From a candidate division WOR-3 bacterium (lineage in GTDB: Bacteria; Hydrothermota; Tepidihabitantia; Tepidihabitantales; JAOUPE01): 10,908 nucleotides of DNA. The position numbers and the translations under genes are program-made. The stretch is taken from positions 1 through 10,908 of the forward strand of contig JBDRUX010000079.1 in the NCBI GenBank assembly GCA_039801565.1, written 5' to 3'. Positions 6,222-10,908 of the stretch are shown here, piece after piece. Position 1 is the first letter of the stretch. Each line of letters opens with the position of its first letter. The notes below the pieces were generated by a model. It saw nothing but the letters and a program-made list of their open reading frames with translations. It did no database searches and was not told the DNA's origin.

Positions 6222-8636
6222 ATGAAATTTTTTGTTGTTTTCTTTGCTTGCTTAGCCACCACTATTGGTTATACAATTCCTGAGCGTTATCATTCTTATT
6301 CCGAGATGGTAGCCTTGCTTGATTCTTTCACCAGTCGCTATCCGAATATTGCTCATCAATGCACTATTGGGTTTTCCCAAACCGAAAGCCTACCAATTTT
6401 AGCAATGAAAATCTCGGACAATCCGGATTTAGACGAAGATGAACCGAGTATTTTATTTACTGGAGTCCATCACGGGTGTGAGCTTTTAGGCTGTGAAATT
6501 TGCCTTTATCTTTGTAATCACCTTCTGGCTAATTACGATACTAATGCCTTAATCAGAAGAATTATTGACTCAACCGAAATCTGGGTTGTGCCAATTGTTA
6601 ATCCTGATGGTCAAGGGGTTGTCTTTGCCGGTCTGGATAGCTTCTGGCGAAAAAATACTCGGGATAATAATAACAATGGGGTGTTTGATTTAGACTACGA
6701 TGGTGTTGACCTGAATCGCAATTATAATTTTCTCTTTGATTCTGGGGGCAGTGGTAATCCAAGTTCTCGAACCTATCGCGGTCAAAACCCGGTCTCGGAA
6801 TCTGAGACCAGAGCGATGACCGATTTAGCAAAAAGGGAAAATTTTCTTTTGGAAATCTGTTACCACAGCGATAAGGATTCGGCTCAGGGCGAACGGGTCT
6901 ATTACCCTTGGCGTTGGGGTAATGCCAATTCACCGGATTTTCCTTTTATTAAGCCAATCGCTGAATCAATTGCCAAAAGGATAAAAAACGATTTAGGAAA
7001 TGGAACTTATACCCCAGTTATAGGATTGGTTGATGGTGGACTCTATCGGAACTATTTGTATCACGCTTTTGGTACATTTGCCTATACCATTGAAGTCAGT
7101 ACTCGTTATATTCCACCTGAAGAGTGGGTAGATTCGATCTGTGAAAGGAACCTTGCGGGTGCTTATTATATCTTAGAGCGAATTTTTGGTCCGGTAATCA
7201 CTGGCCGGGTGTTTGATTCACTAACCGGTCTTCCTTTGCGAGCAAAGGTTGAACTTATTGGGATTGATTCTATTTATCCAATAATGATACCTCGGTTCTC
7301 GGATTCAATCTTTGGTCGCTTTCGGCGTATTGTCAATCCAGGAAATTATACAATCGAAGTCTCTAAAGCCGGTTATAGCACCAAACAGGTAAAAGCATCA
7401 GTAAACGATAGCCCGGTTGAATTGAACATCAATCTTACCCCAACCGCCTGGTCTCAAGTCCAATCCATTCCAAAATTGCCGAGCAATAAACCTGTTGGTG
7501 GTGGTGCCAGTCTGGTAACCGTAAACGATTCTTTAATTTTTGCACTGAAAGGTAATAACACCAGAGATTTTTATTGCTATAACATCAATAATGACTTCTG
7601 GGCTTTTGTTGATTCGATACCTTATGGATTAAACCAAAAGAAGAAAGTGAAAAATGGTGCAGCACTTTGTTATGACCAAAAGCGATACTTATATCTAACC
7701 AAGGGCAATAACACGAAAGAGTTTTGGCGCTATAACTTAAGACCGACTGCTAATGAAAGAATCTGGGTTCAACTCCCTGATATACCGGGTGAAAAGCGAT
7801 TAAAAGGTGGCACTGGACTAGTTTATGTACCCGATAGTTTTGTCTATCTGCTCAAAGGTTCGGGGACAAAAGAATTCTGCTGTTTTCACTTACCTGACGG
7901 TCCTTGGCAACAATTGCCAAGTCCACCAGGGGAAAAAGGTTTTAAAAGGGGAAGTGCACTGGCTTTGGCTGATGACTCTTTAATCTATTGCCTTAAGGGT
8001 GGTTCAAAAACTAATGAGTTTTACGTTTATAATATTAAAGACAGTTCTTGGCGAAGATTGGCAAGTTTACCAATTAAAGGTAGTAGCGGTCGAAATAAAA
8101 GAGTTAAAGACGGTGGTGCTTTAATTTTTACTAATGGTTTTGGCTGGGCATTAAAAGGTGGTAACTCTTCAGAATTTTGGCAATTTTTTCCACCCCAAAC
8201 CTTATCCGATACCGGCTACTGGACCGAAAAGGAACAACTACCAACCGGACCTTCTAATAAAAAAGTTAAGGCAGGCGGTGCCCTAACCAGTGCCGGCAAT
8301 TTCATTTATGCTTTTAAAGGTGCCAAAACCGATGAGTTCTGGGTCTATTATGATTGGTCAAAATCTTTAGTTGGTTCACACTTTTTAAGCAAGGAGCAAA
8401 AGGCACCGATTAAAAATCGGACAACAATCAATTTCGACTCATATATCCTACCGAATACAAATCTTGTCATCTATAATTCTTTAGGTGTTAAGGTAGCAGT
8501 AGCAAGTGAAACGATAAAAGGGACTCAGATGTGGCAACCGTTCTTAAAATCGCTTCCGAGTGGGGTATATTTTATTAAAGTAATTAGTAACGACAAAACC
8601 CAGCATCGGATTATAAAAAAAATTATCATAAGATGA
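6222..8636 (+). CDS. Secreted M14 zinc carboxypeptidase fused to a Kelch-like beta-propeller and a T9SS type A sorting-like tail
   Basis: ATG 6222 preferred over TTG 6216; signal peptide MKFFVVFFACLATTIG. M14 motifs: HHGCE, NPDG, WRKN, GVDLNRNY, YHS, TIEV. Then a regulatory-like domain (ITGRVFD...PGNY), six KG--T-EF repeats, and the tail IYNSLG...LPSGVYFIKV...KKIII. Confidence 0.88.
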   Translation: MKFFVVFFACLATTIGYTIPERYHSYSEMVALLDSFTSRYPNIAHQCTIGFSQTESLPILAMKISDNPDLDEDEPSILFTGVHHGCELLGCEICLYLCNHLLANYDTNALIRRIIDSTEIWVVPIVNPDGQGVVFAGLDSFWRKNTRDNNNNGVFDLDYDGVDLNRNYNFLFDSGGSGNPSSRTYRGQNPVSESETRAMTDLAKRENFLLEICYHSDKDSAQGERVYYPWRWGNANSPDFPFIKPIAESIAKRIKNDLGNGTYTPVIGLVDGGLYRNYLYHAFGTFAYTIEVSTRYIPPEEWVDSICERNLAGAYYILERIFGPVITGRVFDSLTGLPLRAKVELIGIDSIYPIMIPRFSDSIFGRFRRIVNPGNYTIEVSKAGYSTKQVKASVNDSPVELNINLTPTAWSQVQSIPKLPSNKPVGGGASLVTVNDSLIFALKGNNTRDFYCYNINNDFWAFVDSIPYGLNQKKKVKNGAALCYDQKRYLYLTKGNNTKEFWRYNLRPTANERIWVQLPDIPGEKRLKGGTGLVYVPDSFVYLLKGSGTKEFCCFHLPDGPWQQLPSPPGEKGFKRGSALALADDSLIYCLKGGSKTNEFYVYNIKDSSWRRLASLPIKGSSGRNKRVKDGGALIFTNGFGWALKGGNSSEFWQFFPPQTLSDTGYWTEKEQLPTGPSNKKVKAGGALTSAGNFIYAFKGAKTDEFWVYYDWSKSLVGSHFLSKEQKAPIKNRTTINFDSYILPNTNLVIYNSLGVKVAVASETIKGTQMWQPFLKSLPSGVYFIKVISNDKTQHRIIKKIIIR
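7449..8351 (+). repeat. Six protein-level Kelch-like repeats of about 50 aa each
   Basis: Recurring K-V-K-x-G-G/A-A-L ... Y-x-L-K-G-x-x-T-x-E-F-W/Y-x-Y ... W. Cores: KGNNTRDF, KGNNTKEF, KGSGTKEF, KGGSKTNEF, KGGNSSEF, KGAKTDEF. Confidence 0.8.
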
Positions 8637-8645
8637 GGGGCGGTT

Positions 8646-10733
8646 ATGATTAAAAAAGTTATAAAAAGAGATGGCAGGGTTGTTCAGTTCTTACCCGAAA
8701 AAATAAGAAATGCTATCATTAAGGCTTTACAAGCAACCCAAAAACCAGAAAAGATTGCTGAAAGTCTTACCCAAAAGGTTTTAGACCAAATTGAACAGAA
8801 ATTTCCTAAGCGAACGCCATCGGTGGAAAACATCCAAGATATTGTCGAACAAGTTCTGATTGAATCCGGTTTTGCTGATACGGCTAAAGCCTATATCCTC
8901 TATCGCCAGAAACGAACCGAGTTGCGCGAATCGAAATTACTCTTAGGGGTCAAAGATGACCTAAAATTGAGTGTCAATGCCACAACCGTGCTGAAGCGGC
9001 GTTATCTATTGAAGAATGAAAAAGGCGAAGTGATTGAAACACCGAAAGAGTTATTTACCCGAGTTGCCAAGACGATTGCAGCACCGGATGCCAATTATGG
9101 AAAAAGTGAGGATTGTGCTAAGTCCGAAGAAGAATTTTTCACGATGATGGCAAACTTAGAATTTCTGCCCAATTCGCCAACCTTAATGAATGCTGGAACG
9201 CCAATCGGTCAGCTGTCAGCTTGTTTTGTCTTACCAGTTGAAGACTCAATTGATGGTATCTTTACGACCTTAAAAAATATGGCTTTAATCCATCAATCCG
9301 GGGGCGGCACGGGTTTTTCGTTTTCTCGACTTCGACCCAAAGATGATATTGTCAAATCAACCGGTGGTGTTGCTTCGGGTCCGGTCTCATTTATGACCAT
9401 TTTCGATGCCGCAACCGAAGTGGTAAAACAAGGCGGTCGAAGAAGAGGGGCGAATATGGCAATTCTAAGGGTTGACCATCCTGACATCTTAGAATTCATC
9501 ACCGCAAAATCCCAAGAAGGAAAATTGACCAATTTCAATATCTCAGTGGGTGTGACCGATTCTTTTATCGAAGCGGTCAAAAGAAATCAAGAATACGAAC
9601 TTATCAATCCCAGAACCCAAAAAGCGGTAAAGAGACTGAAGGCAAGAGCGGTATTTGACCTGATTTGTCATAATGCTTGGGCAACTGGTGACCCTGGTCT
9701 AATCTTCTTGGATGAAATCAATCGACACAACCCAACTCCTAAATTAGGTGAAATTGAAGCAACTAACCCCTGTGGTGAACAACCGCTCCTGCCTTATGAA
9801 TCTTGCAATCTCGGCTCAATCAATTTAGTTAAGATGTTAAAGGATGGCAAAATGGATTGGGTAAAGTTTAAAAGAACAATCCATTCCGCGGTTCATTTCT
9901 TAGACAATGTGATTGATGCCAATAAATTCCCTCTCTTAGAAATCGAAAAATTGACCAAAGGCAATCGGAAGATTGGTTTAGGAATTATGGGCTTTGCTGA
10001 TACCCTCTACGAATTGGGTATCCCTTACAATTCACCATCTGCCTTACGATTTGCCACAAAGGTTGCTTCGTTCTTAAAACAGGAAGCAATTAAGGCATCC
10101 CAAGAATTGGCAAAAAGGCGCGGTTCGTTTCCTAATTTCCCAGGTAGTATTTGGGATAAAAAAGGACTTGGTCCAATTCGTAATAGCACACTTACCACAA
10201 TTGCCCCAACCGGTTCACTCAGCATCATTGCCCAAACTTCATCCGGTATCGAACCGGTCTTTGCCTTAGCCTTTGTCCGGGATGTGATGGGCGGTGCCCA
10301 ATTAGTTGAAATCAATCCGATATTTGAAAAGATTATAAAACAGAATGGCTATTACTCCAGTGAACTGGTTTCCGAAATTGCCCGTCGGGGTTCAATTCAA
10401 GCAATGAGCCAAATTCCTGCTGAAATTCGCAATCGCTTCGTCACTGCCTTGGACATCGAACCCGAATGGCATATTAAAATGCAAGCAACATTCCAAAGAT
10501 ATATTGACAATGCCGTCTCAAAGACTGTCAACCTACCTCAAAACGCCTCGGTTGAAATAGTAAAAAAGATTTACCTTTTAGCCTATGAATTGAAATGTAA
10601 GGGGATAACCGTTTACCGCTATGGTAGTAAAAAGCGACAAGTTCTATATTTGCGGACTGATACGACTGATGGATTAGTACGGGCTGATTCCGAATTTGCT
10701 GGTGGTTGCCTAACCGACCTCTGTCCAACTTAA
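8646..10733 (+). CDS. nrdJ: Adenosylcobalamin-dependent (class II) ribonucleoside-diphosphate reductase with N-terminal ATP cone
   Basis: ATP cone (VIKRDGR...KI-NAI...VENIQDIVE-VL...AKAYILYR), FLPNSPTLMNAG, LSACFV, RRGANM, TNPCGEQPL, SCNLGSINL, IAPTGS, SSGIEP, SKTVN, KGITVYR, and a C-terminal CLTDLC Cys pair. No nrdB in the window. Confidence 0.93.
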   Translation: MIKKVIKRDGRVVQFLPEKIRNAIIKALQATQKPEKIAESLTQKVLDQIEQKFPKRTPSVENIQDIVEQVLIESGFADTAKAYILYRQKRTELRESKLLLGVKDDLKLSVNATTVLKRRYLLKNEKGEVIETPKELFTRVAKTIAAPDANYGKSEDCAKSEEEFFTMMANLEFLPNSPTLMNAGTPIGQLSACFVLPVEDSIDGIFTTLKNMALIHQSGGGTGFSFSRLRPKDDIVKSTGGVASGPVSFMTIFDAATEVVKQGGRRRGANMAILRVDHPDILEFITAKSQEGKLTNFNISVGVTDSFIEAVKRNQEYELINPRTQKAVKRLKARAVFDLICHNAWATGDPGLIFLDEINRHNPTPKLGEIEATNPCGEQPLLPYESCNLGSINLVKMLKDGKMDWVKFKRTIHSAVHFLDNVIDANKFPLLEIEKLTKGNRKIGLGIMGFADTLYELGIPYNSPSALRFATKVASFLKQEAIKASQELAKRRGSFPNFPGSIWDKKGLGPIRNSTLTTIAPTGSLSIIAQTSSGIEPVFALAFVRDVMGGAQLVEINPIFEKIIKQNGYYSSELVSEIARRGSIQAMSQIPAEIRNRFVTALDIEPEWHIKMQATFQRYIDNAVSKTVNLPQNASVEIVKKIYLLAYELKCKGITVYRYGSKKRQVLYLRTDTTDGLVRADSEFAGGCLTDLCPT

Positions 10734-10795
10734 ACCAATCTTTAATTAAGCAATATTCCTTACCTTTTGTCAGGACAAGTTTTGTGCTATAAAAA

Positions 10796-10813
10796 GTTGA
10801 AATATATTTCAAC
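10796..10813. other. Perfect 18-bp palindrome GTTGAAATATATTTCAAC (terminator for a convergent gene, or an operator)
   Basis: The sequence is self-complementary. It is preceded by an A run (10791-10795) that reads as a U tail on the minus strand. Confidence 0.5.
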
Positions 10814-10908
10814 CTAAAAATTACCGATTTTTTCGTCTATCTTGTTGGTCTTCCGTCGGTTACGCTAATTTTGGTCAAGTAACAAATTGTCTGCAATTTC
10901 ATACTCCA

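Noticed and set aside
5849..6933. Minus-strand ORFs 5849-6127 and 6598-6933
   Set aside because: Antisense shadows of hslV and the second M14 gene.
7449..8351. Propeller repeats considered as DGR template/variable repeats
   Set aside because: The similarity is at protein level with divergent DNA. No adenine-specific near-identical pair and no reverse transcriptase are seen.
9293..10812. Minus-strand ORFs 9293-9580, 10025-10315 and 10528-10812
   Set aside because: Antisense shadows of nrdJ with no independent evidence.
10796..10813. Palindrome considered as an NrdR box
   Set aside because: It shares only the ATATAT centre, lacks the conserved C...G positions and lies downstream of nrdJ.
10814..10908. 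Possible CRISPR leader with a repeat starting ATTTCATACTCCA at the window edge
   Set aside because: A single truncated fragment that cannot be supported without downstream sequence.

Overview
AT-rich bacterial window, probably from an FCB-group lineage; the protein style suggests candidate division WOR-3 (inference). A back-to-back sigma70-type promoter pair at about 5601-5659 drives two divergent gene runs. The leftward (- strand) run is a large secreted multidomain M14 zinc carboxypeptidase with a T9SS/FlgD-like tail, a DRG-like OBG-family GTPase with a TGS domain, and an acidic hypothetical protein that appears frameshifted near its 3' end. These are followed by an accessory zone with a 33-aa ORF that has its own promoter, a DUF4258/DUF2283 putative toxin-antitoxin pair and the 5' part of a HicB-family gene. 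The rightward (+ strand) run is hslV (no hslU in the window), a second secreted M14 peptidase fused to a six-bladed Lys-rich Kelch-like propeller, and an ATP-cone class II ribonucleotide reductase (nrdJ). The most unusual non-coding signal is a multi-hairpin repeat (core TCCGCCCAAGGCGGATTGG) that brackets the DUF4258/DUF2283 module like a cassette boundary. No rRNA, tRNA, CRISPR array, transposase or integrase is visible.
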